DNA from: Lama glama
Lineage: Eukaryota
NCBI GenBank assembly: GCA_028534125.1
Contig: CM052818.1
Span: forward strand, 31,436,001 to 31,500,000
Direction: 5' to 3'
DNA: 64,000 nucleotides
A program made the translations under genes and the position numbers. Under the pieces are notes generated by a model. The model worked only from the letters and a program-made list of their open reading frames with translations, had not been told where the DNA came from and searched no databases. Positions 37,091 through 49,359 of the stretch are shown here, piece by piece; position 1 is the first letter of the stretch, and each line of letters begins with the position of its first letter.

Positions 37091-38929
37091 TTTTTTGCTA
37101 TTGATTGTGGTTATATAAGAGCAGGGGTATTAAAAAATGTTTAATTTAATAACTATTCCCCGAGAATGGGGTCCCTTGAGGCACTTGGGGATATGGGAAG
37201 AGTTGGCTATTTGAACAGTAGTTCTGGACCCAAAACAGAGATCATTATGTTTCCCAAGGGGCTATGAGCTTTAGAAGACGATTAGAAGTTTGTCTCTCAT
37301 GCAAGAGTTGATTGAGGACAAGAGGCTCCTTGAAAGATGGCCAACATGACCCTTTAGAGACTGTGCTTAAGACACCAGTGTAGAACAATGGATTAGCAGA
37401 ATAAGACTGGGACTGGCCAACTCCTACTGGTACTTCAGAAAGATTTGACAAGATGGAGTTAAGTTGAGCTGTAGATACAGGATATTGCATGCTCATTAAA
37501 CTAAACTTTAGTTACCTGTGTTGATAATTCCTGCATTTGTGAGTACTGGAGGAATGAGGATTGAGTTTTCTTTTCCCATATATTCTTAGTCTTCTTTATA
37601 GGCTTCACTTGAAAAGTGCCTGTTGTTTCTCTTTGCACAAAGAGAAAAATCCATGCTCTGAAGAGAGGCATGGTGCTGCTAATGAATCTCCCAGGCAAAG
37701 AAGTAGGGAGGAGCCAGTGGAGCTGGAACAGAGATGTGGAAACTGTGAGGTTAGGAAGGAAGGCTGCAGAAATTCTGAGTTCACCTCAAGTTCTCACAAG
37801 CGATCTTGACCGTTGATTTCCTTCCCAACAGCTGTACATTAAATTAAATTAACACCACTTGGCTGCACCCGTTGGTCATTTTACCATTTTTCCATAATTC
37901 ACTACATTTGTGGGAAATTGTGTGGTCTTCAGCAGTGAGGTTACGGGACTCTGGCACATGGCCCCTCTCATCAGCCTGATGGTTGCTGCTTTCTTCAGCG
38001 GTGATGTCTGTTGTGATCACTTACACGGCTGATCCTCGAGTGGCTCTTAGAAGGCAGACTACATTCTGGACCTCTCCCTCCCATGTGCCATGCTCTCTCT
38101 TTCTCTTTGTCCTCTCAGGTATCCAAAGGTATTGTCCTTTCTTGATTAAGCATCTCTGTCTTCACTCATCTTCATGACTCTGTTTATGGAAACTTTCACC
38201 ATTTGTTCTTCGATTTTTGCTATTTCTGTTCCTCTTTCTTCATCTTTATAGGGGAAAAAAATGCTCTGCATTGATCGCTCCTGAGCAAGGGGAGAGCTAT
38301 TCTGTTATTTAAAGCCCTTGGCTTGCTGCCTCCCTTTGAATACCTTTTAATATATTTTTTAACATGTCCTACTTCTTCATGGCATCTTGAAAAGGGAGCA
38401 GGTCTCCTCTCCCCTTAATGATCCCTTTTATAGTTCTATAGTTTCTTCCTGTTCCAGTAGGAATTTGCATATTCTCTATTTGATCTTGCCAAGTTTTCAT
38501 GATTTTGAGAATTCCATTTTTGATCAGGAGAGAGAATCTTGGTCATTACTCTACTTCATTGCGCTCTGTGACTTTGGGTCAATCACTTGGCTCTGTGCAC
38601 CTCTGCTTTTCATTTACATAAAAGGATAAATATACTTTATCAAAAGGCAAAGTGATGGGTGAGGTAACTACTCAAGCACCTTTACTGCTTTAACACCCAG
38701 ACTTCTATGATCAGAAAAGAGATAGCATTTGTTTTGTAATAACCTTTATCTTGTGATTATCCTGTCCTTTTTATTAGCAATTATCTCTTGCTTTTCATTT
38801 AGTAAATTTATGTCAGATTATTGGGATAATGAAGTTTGTGTAGCATTTACAGTGTTCAAATACTTTTCACATGCATTATCTAGCTTTGTCCCATTGCTAA
38901 TACATGTAATTAATGAGCCTTACATTCTG

Positions 38930-39392
38930 TACTCTTAAAAATTATCACATCAGTTATTATCATGCCACACTATCTCTGTCACTCCACTTTCCCCCATAAC
39001 ATTATATCAGGAACTCATTGCAAAGTTAACATGTGTATCTTTACCTTATTCTTTTTAATGTCTGCATAATATTCAACTGTATGGATGTACCATAATATAT
39101 ATCTAATAAATTTCCTAAAAATGAGATAATTAGATTGTTTTCAGGGTTTTTTTTTTTTGCTATCATAAATAACACTCCAATGAATGTACTTGTACATAAA
39201 TATCCATGCAATTATTTCTGTAGGATATTTTCCAAGATGTAGGATTACTGCTTCTAGGATATCCTCACTCTAAGTTTAATAGCAATGATTCCAAAATCCT
39301 TGCATCTATATATAACTTTTTAACATCTGGCTATCCCTCTTCCTTATGACAACTGAATTCTTCTCTATTTAAAATATGGTATTGTCCTGATA
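38930..39392 (-). mobile_element. Ancient L1ME fragment (host of the complex L1)
   Basis: ttctttttaatgtctgcataatattcaactgtatggatgtaccataat...tagattgttttcag...tgctatcataaataacac. Confidence 0.75.
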
Positions 39393-39408
39393 GATATGTC
39401 TTTCCTTT

Positions 39409-41047
39409 TTGTTTTTTTTTTTGGTTTCCCAATGCATATAAAACGTTTTTTTGGTTTTTTTTTTTTTTTACTTTTTATGTTTATTTTTTCATTTTCAAAA
39501 TTTATTCATGTATTTATTTTACAATATCATATTTTTAAACTGAAGTATAGTTGGTGTACAACAGTACATGTTACAGGTATACAACACAGTAATTCACAAC
39601 TTCCAAATGTTATACGCCATTTATAGGCACACAAAATATTGGCTACATTCCCCATGCTGCACAATACATCCTTGTAGTTTATTTTATACCTGATAGTTTG
39701 TACCTCTTAATCCTCCACCACCATCTTGCCCCTCCCCTTCCTCTCTCCCCTCTAGTAACCACTACTTCCTTCTCTACGTCTGTGAGTCTTTTTATTTTCT
39801 GTTATATTTACTTGTTTGTTATATTTTTTTAGATTCCACATATAAGTGATATCTTCCATTATTTGCCTTTCACTGTCTGACTTATTTCACTTAGCATAAT
39901 GCCCTCCAAGTCCATCCATGATGTACACCAGAAACTAATACAACATTTTAAATCAACTGTACCTCAACTAAAAAGCAACAACCAACCAACCCACCCATTT
40001 AAAATATTGGCAGAAGAATTGAACAGACACTTCTCCAAAAAAGAAAATGCAGGAACATGAAAAGTTGCTCAAAATCACTAATATCAGGGAAATGCAAATC
40101 AAAATCAAAATGAGACATCATCTCACACCTGTCAGAATGGCCATCATCAAAAAGAATACAAATAACAAGTGTTGGCAAGGATGTGGAGAAAAGGGAACCC
40201 ATATACACTGTTGGTGGGAATGCAAATTGGCCGAGCCACCATGGAAAACAATATGGAGGTTTCTCAAAAGCCCCAAAATAGAGCCACCATTTTCCCGCAA
40301 CAATCCCACTCCTGGGCACACATCCGAGAAAAATGAAAACATTAATTCAAAAAGATACATACACCCTACTATTCACAGCAACGCCACTTAGAATTGCCAA
40401 GACATGGAAGCATCCCAAGTGCACATCAACAGATGAATGGATAAAGAAGATGTAGTACATATATACAATGGAACACAACTCACCCATTAAAAAGAAGACT
40501 ATTTTGCCATTTGCAGTCCTTCATTCACTTCTTTTCACTTCAAAAACTAGAATTTTATAACTGGCATAAACATTTCCATTGCATCAAAAACAACAAAATA
40601 CCTAGAAATAAACTTAATGAAGGAGGTTACCTATACTCTGAAAGCCATGAAACACTGATGAAGGAAACTGAAGATGATACAAAGAAATGGAAAGATATCT
40701 TGTGCTCCCAGATTGGAAGAATCCACATTATCAAAATGTCTGTACTACACAAAGCAACCTACAGATCCAATGCAACCCCTGTCAAAATACTCATACCATT
40801 TTTCGCAGAACTAGAACAAACAATTCCAAAATTTATATGAAACCACAAAAGACCCCGAATTACCAAAGCAATTTTTTGTAGATCTTTTTTTTTTTTGTCT
40901 TCTTATTGTTCTCTTTTCTTACAGTTTGATGACTAGAGAAGTTCCTTTAACATTTGTTGTAAAGCATTTGTTGGTGGTGCTGAATTCTTTTAGCTTTTGT
41001 TTATCTGTTTTTGATTTCTCCTTCAAATCTGAATGGGAGTCTTGCTG
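39409..41047. mobile_element. Complex rearranged L1 insertion (3' end on minus strand, inverted ORF2 segments, ORF1-like segment)
   Basis: Poly(T) tracts and antisense 3'UTR to ~39920; sense ORF2 end ~39995-40515 (ORF 40047: [21 protein letters not shown]); sense upstream ORF2 ~40560-40875 (KKWKDILCSQIGRIHIIKM); antisense ORF1-like ~40915-41047; TSD-like 39393-39408 / 41048-41063. Confidence 0.85.
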
Positions 41048-41319
41048 GATATGTCCTTCTTTTGATAAAAACATAATTCTGTAAATTTATCTGTTAGAAA
41101 TAATTAAGGATGACAGAGTTCAGCTATAAGGACTTTAACAAAATTATCATCATTAGTAAGTGTCTACTATGTGCCAGACATTGTGTAAGAAACTGAACCT
41201 TAAAGAGGTTAACTCTCCTAAAGATGGACAGTCAACATGCAAGAAATCTGGGAGCTGAACTTAGAAAGTTTATCACCAGACCCATAGGTTTAACCTTTAC
41301 ATGAACTCCTTATAACACG

Positions 41320-41720
41320 GTATGCAATAAAGAAATGTTGAAAATAGCCTAACTATGCAACAAAAAATGAATGGTTGCATAAATATGATATACTTATTAC
41401 AATAAATAGTTATATGTAAAGATTAAATTTGTGTTGCTCAAATTTATTTATTGTTATCTACAAGATAGTCCTGACATATTGGTTCTTTAATAAGACATAT
41501 TGCAAAACAGCATGAAGATGAATCCATATTTATTTTTTTAAAAAGGTGAGTGAACTTAGTTTTTTCTAAATGCACAAAAGAGTTAGAAGGATGTTTGGAA
41601 GATTGTCTTTGGGTTTGTGGGATTGAGAGTATTTTCAGTACTATCTTTTTGGCTTATTTATTTCTTCTGATTTTTTTCTATAATGATCATATATTAGAAA
41701 AAAGTTTTTAAAAATAATAA
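41320..41720 (+). mobile_element. Ancient L1ME 3' fragment
   Basis: aaatgaatggttgcataaatatgata...gggattgagagtattttc...tttttttctataatgatcatatatt. Confidence 0.55.
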
Positions 41721-42139
41721 TAATAAAGAGTTCCAGTTTTGCTTTTCGATTTAATATTACAGAAATGCGTTTGAATTTCCAAGAATTTTTGTTCACCTAT
41801 TTGATATTTTAGCTTGTTTCAGGTATTACCCACAAACTGACATAAAATAACTCATCTTTTCCATTTGCTTTTTTGGGGGAAAGTCATGAATATGTGCAAG
41901 TCTGTCCTTTTACTTTCCCTTTCACTCTTTTATTTTTTCTTTCATATTCATTCATCTTTCTAATCAGCTTCCATAGCTTTTGAAAATCCACATTTCTCCT
42001 GAGGCCTTACCTCTAATTTTGGAGATGTTGGACTCTGACACACCTTTGGTCTATCACCCCTGTCTCCTGACCCTGCAGAGTTTCTATAGAACACTTTTAT
42101 TCATTATGTTAGAAGCTAATTAGAACAACTGCATATATT

Positions 42140-42400
42140 TAACTAGGATTTTACAGCTTAAAATTGCTCTCACGTGTACAATTTCATATGCAAATAAATC
42201 ACATTTTATTTTCCCAGTAGATCTTTATAGGAAGTAGGGAAAACCTTATAAACCCCATTTTGCAGAAAAGAAAACTGAATTTCATCAAATTTGACTTCAC
42301 TAAAACCACACATCTAGCAAGTGGCAATGCTGGGAGCAAAACCCAGGGCTCCTGATTCCAAGCTCTTGATTCCAAACTTGATTCTAAGTCACTCTTTCTT
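42140..42400 (-). mobile_element. MIR SINE
   Basis: ccccattttgcagaaaagaaaactga...ctagcaagtggcaatgctgggagcaaaacccagggctcctga. Confidence 0.8.
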
Positions 42401-42507
42401 TTTACATCCTATAACATCTTGGTATAGTTATTAAAGGCCACCAGCTAGATAACAACTATTCCCTAGATTGAAAGACTTATACCTTAATTGACTGAGCAGA
42501 TCTTTTT

Positions 42508-42613
42508 TTTTAAGGTTTATTTATTTACTTTTTTTTTTAATGGAGGTACTGGGCTACCACTACCACTGAGCTATAGCCTCCACACCACCCATCTCCCCCA
42601 ACCCCTCACCAAA
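42508..42613 (-). mobile_element. Internally deleted Vic-1-like SINE with TSD
   Basis: T-rich tail, tggaggtactggg joined directly to ctaccactaccactgagctata; TSD agatcttttt at 42498-42507 and 42614-42623. Confidence 0.75.
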
Positions 42614-43989
42614 AGATCTTTTTAACATCCAAAATGGGACCCAGGCAGTGAGGTCAATCAAGGTAACATTGGGTTAAAAGGCCACCCTTGTCCCAGACAC
42701 AGGGCAGGCCCAGAGCTATCCATGGTCCTGAGATCTCTGTTCTGAGCCCATGCTGACCTCTCAGGCTCTTGCCCACTAACTTGTTCATTACTTGTCCACT
42801 ATTACACCACTTACTCTTTGAATCTCATTGTCTATTCTGTCTCACATTGTCTCTATTTCTCTCCTTGGTTATTATTTCTGCAAGTTTCACAGTCAGCAGT
42901 GTCTACGGGTCCAGAGTTCCATATATGCTCCAGGAAAACTTTTCCCTGTATGATTGCTGTCCTTGAATCCAGGATTAAACCTAGGTCCCTGAGAAATAAT
43001 GAATTTTTCTATTCATCTTCATCCTTGAAAAATGAAAATCAACCTGCATGCAATTTTTCTCTTTAGCCTGCCTCATATTTATGCCATTAGTTCCATGGGT
43101 ATCTGCTTTCAGTCTTGCTTTACTGATACTTGTGTTAATGTCTTTTCTCCTTCAACTCTTGTTTTTCTCTTAATTTTGCCTTGTTTATCTCTTCCTTGCC
43201 TTTCAGGATTTATGCAATGCTTTACTTCTATTGCCATTTCCAACTTCTGGGTTTTTGGTTCCAGCAATAGTTAACCAACATGCTTCTTAGTTTTAATTTG
43301 TCTTATTTGGCTCAGTGTTTATCAAAGAATTGCTAGGGTCTATGTGAGTCAAAATTCTCTGTGGTCATCACTAACATTTAGATTTATGGGCTCCATTCCT
43401 GGCTGATTTTTCTGCCTTGGCCTGGGGCCCATCTCCTTCTGGCTTCCTTTCTTATAGACTAGGAAACCCCCATCTCCAATAAAGTCCTGGCCAGCATGCA
43501 AGAAACTGGATCTGAGCTCTGCCTCTCAGGACCCCACACTGTCACTCCTATCAGTAGCCATTTCTGCTTGGCCACCCTCTGCCCTCTCTGGACTGTGTGG
43601 CCTGTCCACACAGTTTTACGCTTTCCTATCCTCTCCTGTTCCTCCTCATCGCCCTCCGCCTCACCCCCACTTTTTATTATTCCTCTTCCAGAGAAGCCTA
43701 CTTGAATTGCTCTGGTGTTCCCTATAGCTCTCTTGTCCAGTTTAAGTAGTTCCAGTATTGCTACAGTATTTCCTCACTCTTCTCTTTCTTATCATTTCTA
43801 GGGGACATGTGTTTTCATCTGGGAAGGTGCCATTTATAAGACAAAGCTAGTTTGGTGCTAATGATGAAGTTATTAGAGAAGTGAAAAATGTATCATCATT
43901 CTGTTTTTCACATGGAAACAGATCTGGAAAACTTTACGTTCAAGGGCAGTGGCAGAAGCAATACTAGAAACATGGTCTGAAGACTTTTA

Positions 43990-44450
43990 GTTAACAATTC
44001 AATCCCACAAATACTTCCTGAGTCCCTACTATGAACAAAGCATTGAATCAGCCACCAGAGATAGAAACATGGAGAAAAACCACACACTCTGGTTTCACGA
44101 ACATTCCAGTGGTCATGAAGAAGTTAAGAAATGCCCAAATAACACAGCACTGGGTGGTGTGTGCAGTGCTTCAAGCTCTCATACATTTACTCATGAAATA
44201 GGAGAACCTACAAGAAAGAGGGAATGCTTGCACGCTTTGAACTAGGAGGTAAGGAGAGATGGACAGGGAGGAATTCTTGAGGAGGTTGAGTTCTATTTAG
44301 GCATTGGACATCAAGTAAGCATTTCCAGTGGGAGGACATTGCATGTTTGAAGAATGCCCTGGGGATTTCAAGCTGGGAGGTTGAGAGATTTGAGAAGTAA
44401 GTAACTTTAGGGAGCTAACTGAGGCCACATCATGTAAGAACTTCAATGTC
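43990..44450 (-). mobile_element. L2 3' fragment
   Basis: ttcaatcccacaaatacttcctgagtccctactatgaacaaagcattg antisense L2 tail and downstream blocks. Confidence 0.75.
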
Positions 44451-44965
44451 CAACCAGCTTGGAGATGGGAGAGGGGAAGACTGTAACTCTTATCATTAGA
44501 CCAGGCTGCCACACACATGCATGGGATAAACACAGAATCCGAAGTACCATTTTATAAATAATAGTACAGATTCAGGCATGTGAAATGGAGAACTTCCCCA
44601 TCACAGAGGATGAGATAAGCACAAACATCCCTGAGCAAGATGGTGTTAGCCATTCTGAGCATCATACAGGGAATCAACACTCCAAGGGTTGCCTTGGAGA
44701 GGGCAGCTCTCCATCTCAAAGAGAAAACTGACACACGCTGCCCAGGGCTTGTGTTGGCTTGCTGATGAGTGTCCTGAGTCTGAACTATAGCATTTATGAC
44801 CTGAATCTTGGGGTCTCTTTTGTGTCTTTCACCTTGTAGTAATGGTAAACAAAAACTCCTGCAAGTGCCTCAAGCCACTTGGGCAGAGAAATAAGGCAAT
44901 GTGGAGAAAAGGTGATGTTTAAGTACAAGGCAAAGAGCTGACTTTTCTAAAGCATGTATTAGCAG

Positions 44966-45110
44966 CATGTGGCTAAAAATAGCCACCTGTTCCAGGTCGG
45001 ATTCCAAATTGGAAGAGCTCTTCACATACCAGACTCAAAAAGCATCTGTCATCCGGTAGCCATGGCAACAGGAATCCCTGAATAAATGTGTAACGATGTT
45101 TTTGGAATGG
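44966..45110. promoter_or_regulatory. Candidate enhancer: E-box / MEF2 / E-box, RFX X-box, TEAD-like GGAATG
   Basis: CATGTG 44966-44971, CTAAAAATAG 44973-44982, CACCTG 44984-44989, GTAGCCATGGCAAC 45056-45069, GGAATG ~45104. Confidence 0.55.
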
Positions 45111-46448
45111 GGCTGGGAAAGGAAGTGGATGTGACAGCCTCTGGATAAGAAGTGAGCTTTTCTGTTCCTCCCCTGAGCTGCAGCTTCATCTTTCTTTCTT
45201 ACTTCCCAGCCCTTCTAATTTTGCACAGTCATCGGTTCTTATCCCCTCTGAAGAAATAGCATCCATAGTTAGTGCCTATCTCATGGGCTGGACAGGGAGA
45301 GGAGATGGGGAGTAGGGTCAGGCATCCCACTGGCATGAAGAGGTGAGATGGCAGGCCAAGCTGCTTGGGCTCAGAATCTAATGTATGCAATACTGTTTTG
45401 CTGTTTGCATATTTCCTTTGTCAATGATCCCCTTAAAAAGTGCTTGTTACTTCATGTTACCTGTATTACATGCTCTGAGTCTGTCTTTGTTTCTATTGCT
45501 TTTGATCCTTTGTAAACATTTTGTGGGCAGGGAGTCCCCTTTCTAATTCCCCTCATACACTAAAACACTCCTTCAATCTGTCAGAGTTGCTTGCATGATA
45601 CAGCAGCACAAAACTCTCTTAGGACTCAGACGGCTACCCCAGAGCTGTATTTAGCTCTCCACCAGTCACCTCTCAGAATCCTCAGTTCTGACAGATGGTT
45701 GAAATGTGTTAAGCAGGACTCCGTTGTAAGGCCCTCCTTGAAGATAATTGTAAATGATAAATGAGACCACTCCAAATCATTGTACACAATAAACATCCTT
45801 AAGCGTCTGAATCAATGTAAATGACTAAAGATGCTCAGAATAACGTTGGTGATGAGGGCAGGAATGTGAGGATGAAAACCTCCTGGGTGTGTTCTCCAGG
45901 TGCCTGCCTGAGTAAGGCAGACATTTGGCCCCTGGAGAGAGGATTAAAATCAGATTACTAGTCAGGTGAGGAGTCAGCATATGTCTTCTGAAGACCTAGT
46001 CAGGAGTTCCTATGGCATTCATGAGATCTTCACTGGACAAAACCTGGAAACTCCCTAGATTCCTCTAGGAAGAATTCACCACAAGCACATAGTTCTAGAT
46101 CTTGGCTAATAAGGCTGCTAAGAGTCTCCTTCCCCTGGCGTTCTACTGCCTTTCTTACCTGATGAAGAAAATACGATATTTACTGAGCACCTACACCTAT
46201 GCATCCCCTGCAGTACATGAAGCTCCGGGCTTGGCAGGCAGGGGACCATTCAGTCACTCATTCAACAAATCCCTCCCGAGAGCTGCTGTGTGCTGCATGC
46301 CATGTGGTCCCTGTCCTACATGGTCCCTTTGTTAGGAAAAGAATGGGACATCATTGCTGGTGTGATGATGGTTCCTCAAGACGATGATAAATAATCATCC
46401 CAGCTATGGCGAGAGCGCTGCACAAGGCAGCCCAGTTTTGTGCACACA

Positions 46449-46990
46449 TGTATTAACTGTATTTTCTTATTTTCTCTATTCCTGATGCTCTGGCATATGG
46501 GGCTATGCTGATCCAAGAGAGACTGCCTTTCAGGAGGACTAGTTAATTCCCCTGTGTGTGTATGTCTTTCATATGCAAACCTACCAATCCAGAGCCCAGA
46601 GCAGCCCACTGCCTCCTTTATGGGGTTCTCACAGGTTGAGCCACTATCTCCTGCCATAATCCCCCAGGGTCAAGTCCTAGGCACCTAGGGCAGCTGTATT
46701 TCCCAGGGGCCCCCTGAAATTATTCAAACTAGCCAATCCTACACTTGTGAGACCTGCTTACCTGTCTCATCCATTCCTTCCCAGGAAAACTGCAATAAAG
46801 CCTCTTGCCCATGCTTTCCCCTCACTCCTTCTGCCTTCTGAGCAGCCCTGGGGCCTCCCCATGTGGCCCTGCATGGCGTGGAGTGCCCCTCCTCCCAAGA
46901 GCTGTCGCAAACTATGATTTCAATAACAATAGTCTCCTGGTCTGGTTGACCCCATCATATCTGAATAGTAAAACCTACATTTTAAAAACA
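46449..46990 (+). mobile_element. MER74-like (ERVL-class) solo LTR
   Basis: Starts tgtattaac, ends ttttaaaaaca; ctttcatatgcaaacctaccaatccagagccc and ctgaaattattcaaactagccaatcct match recalled MER74; AATAAA ~46794. Confidence 0.85.
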
Positions 46991-47175
46991 AGAGCTCAAA
47001 CTTTGAATTCAGGTCTCCTAGATTCAAACTCATCTCCATCATTTAGCGGCTACAAAACACAGCCTCGATTTTTCATCTCTACAACAGAAACAATCATATC
47101 TAACTTGTCGAGATGTTAGGAGGATTAAATGAGATAATCCATATAAAGCACTTAATCTACAGTAACCACCCTATG
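46991..47175 (+). mobile_element. MIR SINE (apparently split by the LTR)
   Basis: gcctcgattttcatctct...ggaggattaaatgagataatccatataaagcactta. Confidence 0.8.
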
Positions 47176-47619
47176 TGAATGGCAAGATCTAGATAAATGT
47201 TTGGGAGGAAAAAGAATGCAGGGCCCATGCCTTTTTGAAGTTTATAATCAAGTGGAAATTTCTAGAATCTCCAGTCTTCCTAGTCATGATCTCATGTGGT
47301 CCTGATAGCTCTGTGAAGGTGGCTGGGTAGGCAGGGCAGCCATGTTTTACAGACAAGGCATTTGAAACTAAAAGAGCACCAGCTAGTCAATGGAGAAGGC
47401 TGGCCTAGGATCCAACTCTCCTGACGATGAGTTCTTTCTACCAGATGTGGTGTGGACAAGGGCTTGGCAGTCAGACAGATCAGGCTGAAAAGCCGGCTCC
47501 ATCACTTTCCAACCTTGCACATGTTGAGGCAGGTTGGAGATCTCGAAGCTTCCATTTTATCAACAGTGGTAAAGGGGAAAATAATTTTCTCATTCATAAC
47601 TTGAGACTTCTTGAGAGGC

Positions 47620-47900
47620 ATTTAATCAAAGCTGGTTAGGGCATGGGAAGATGAGCACTCTCATACAAAGAGCTCTCTTATTCTCCTACAAAGAAAATCT
47701 CAAACACAGAAAACACTTTAGGCACGGGGTCACTCATCACAATATTATTACCTAAACTTAATTTGAAAACCAATGATGCATTCAACAACAGGGAAATAGA
47801 TAAATAAGTTGTAGTATAGCCAAGTTATGGAACAACATACAGCCATTAAAATGACGTTCATGAAGTTTATGACAAAAACCATTTACTGTTAAGGTCAATA
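47620..47900 (+). mobile_element. Ancient L1ME fragment
   Basis: caacaacagggaaatagataaataagttgtagtatagcc...atggaacaacatacagccattaaaa. Confidence 0.65.
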
Positions 47901-47947
47901 AATCATGCCTTATCTCCCTCTTTGAGGCGGTTGTTGCATTTTTCATC

Positions 47948-47999
47948 AAAGTTACACAAAGATTAAAGAGGCAAAAAGTTACACAAAGATTAAAGAGGC
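47948..47999. repeat. Perfect tandem duplication, period 27 bp
   Basis: aaagttacacaaagattaaagaggc at 47948-47972 and 47975-47999. Confidence 0.95.
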
Positions 48000-49063
48000 T
48001 AACAGTTCAAACAAACGGTTCAACAAAAATGGCAAAAGGCTAGGAAAAATAAGTCTCCCCATTCATTCTCACTTCCCAGAGGCAACTGTTTTTGACTCCT
48101 TTAGTTGACTATTTGGCATTTTCTTTACTACATCTAAATAGTAAGATTTTATTGTTACTTCTTGATTTTTTTAAACTCAGAAAAAGAGGCCAGAAAGAGA
48201 CTAGGTCCCACACTGCATCTTTTCTCAACTTCACTTTGCTGGAATTACTCCCTCCCAAAGTGCCTTTCCCTCAGGAAGCACATAGATCCTCCAACTCCAC
48301 CACATAAAATGCACGAGCCAGAGGCCAGCATTTCTGCCCTAACATTCGCGAAGCATGAAGTAACATGGCAGATAAGTTTCTATTTTAATATTGAGTGGAA
48401 AGGATTTTACTGAGTGTGATTTCAATTGGATACACATGGAAAAAGGGCCAGGCCAAAAGACCACCACTTCGATATGAAGACAGTTTCTGGATGGTAGAAT
48501 TACCAGTGATGTTTTTCTTTTTTTCATATTTTTTGAAATTTCTATAATGATCATTCCTTTCTTTTACCGCAGATAAAAATCTTTATTTACTTCTTACGAC
48601 TGTTGTCAGGCCAGACTCACAGGGAGCCCGCGACATGTTAAGTGGGCACCCCAGAAACAGCGGTTTCCTCTCCTCTGACCATTCCCACAGCCTCTGGTCC
48701 TGGTGGGATGGATAAAGAGGTGGACACTTGTAGTCAGATCCTGGAGTGAGTCATCAGAATGCTACTGAGCTGATACTGGATTTTGACACAGCAGCATCTG
48801 ATTAGAAAACCTGGAAAGGCACTGGGGTCCAGGGTGCAGGCATGACCAACAGGAGGCCTCAGCCACTCAGATCCAGGTCTGCTCCAGTCTACTAGTGACT
48901 CAGCCCCGCCCTGACAGCTGGGGAAGTTGAAACGGGCCTGGGAAGGAAGAACCGTGTAGGCAGGTGAAAGGCTGAGGTTTGTGGGGTATGGGGATGACTG
49001 AGAATGGGGCTCATGGAAAACGGTGCAAAGGATGTTAATCATAACAAGACTCCTCAGGCCCCA

Positions 49064-49352
49064 GGACAAACATTGCACACTATTCCACTTATATGAAGTA
49101 CTTAGAACAGTCAATTTCCTAAAGACAGAAAGTGTAACAGGGATGTCCAGGCGCTGAGAGGAGGAGATATGGGAAGTTAGTGTCTAACAGGTACAGAGTT
49201 TCTGTTCAAGATGATGAGAAAGTTCTGGAAATGTATAGTGGTGATAGTTGCACAACAATGTGAATGCATTTAATGCCACTGAATTGTACCCTTAAAAATG
49301 ATTAACATGGTATATTTTATGTTATGTGTATTTTATCACAAGTTTTTAAAAA
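49064..49352 (+). mobile_element. L1MB-like 3' end
   Basis: gtacagagtttctgtt...gatgatgagaaagttctggaaatgtatagtggtgatagttgcacaacaatgtgaatg...atgccactgaattgtac. Confidence 0.9.
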
Positions 49353-49359
49353 GGATTTC

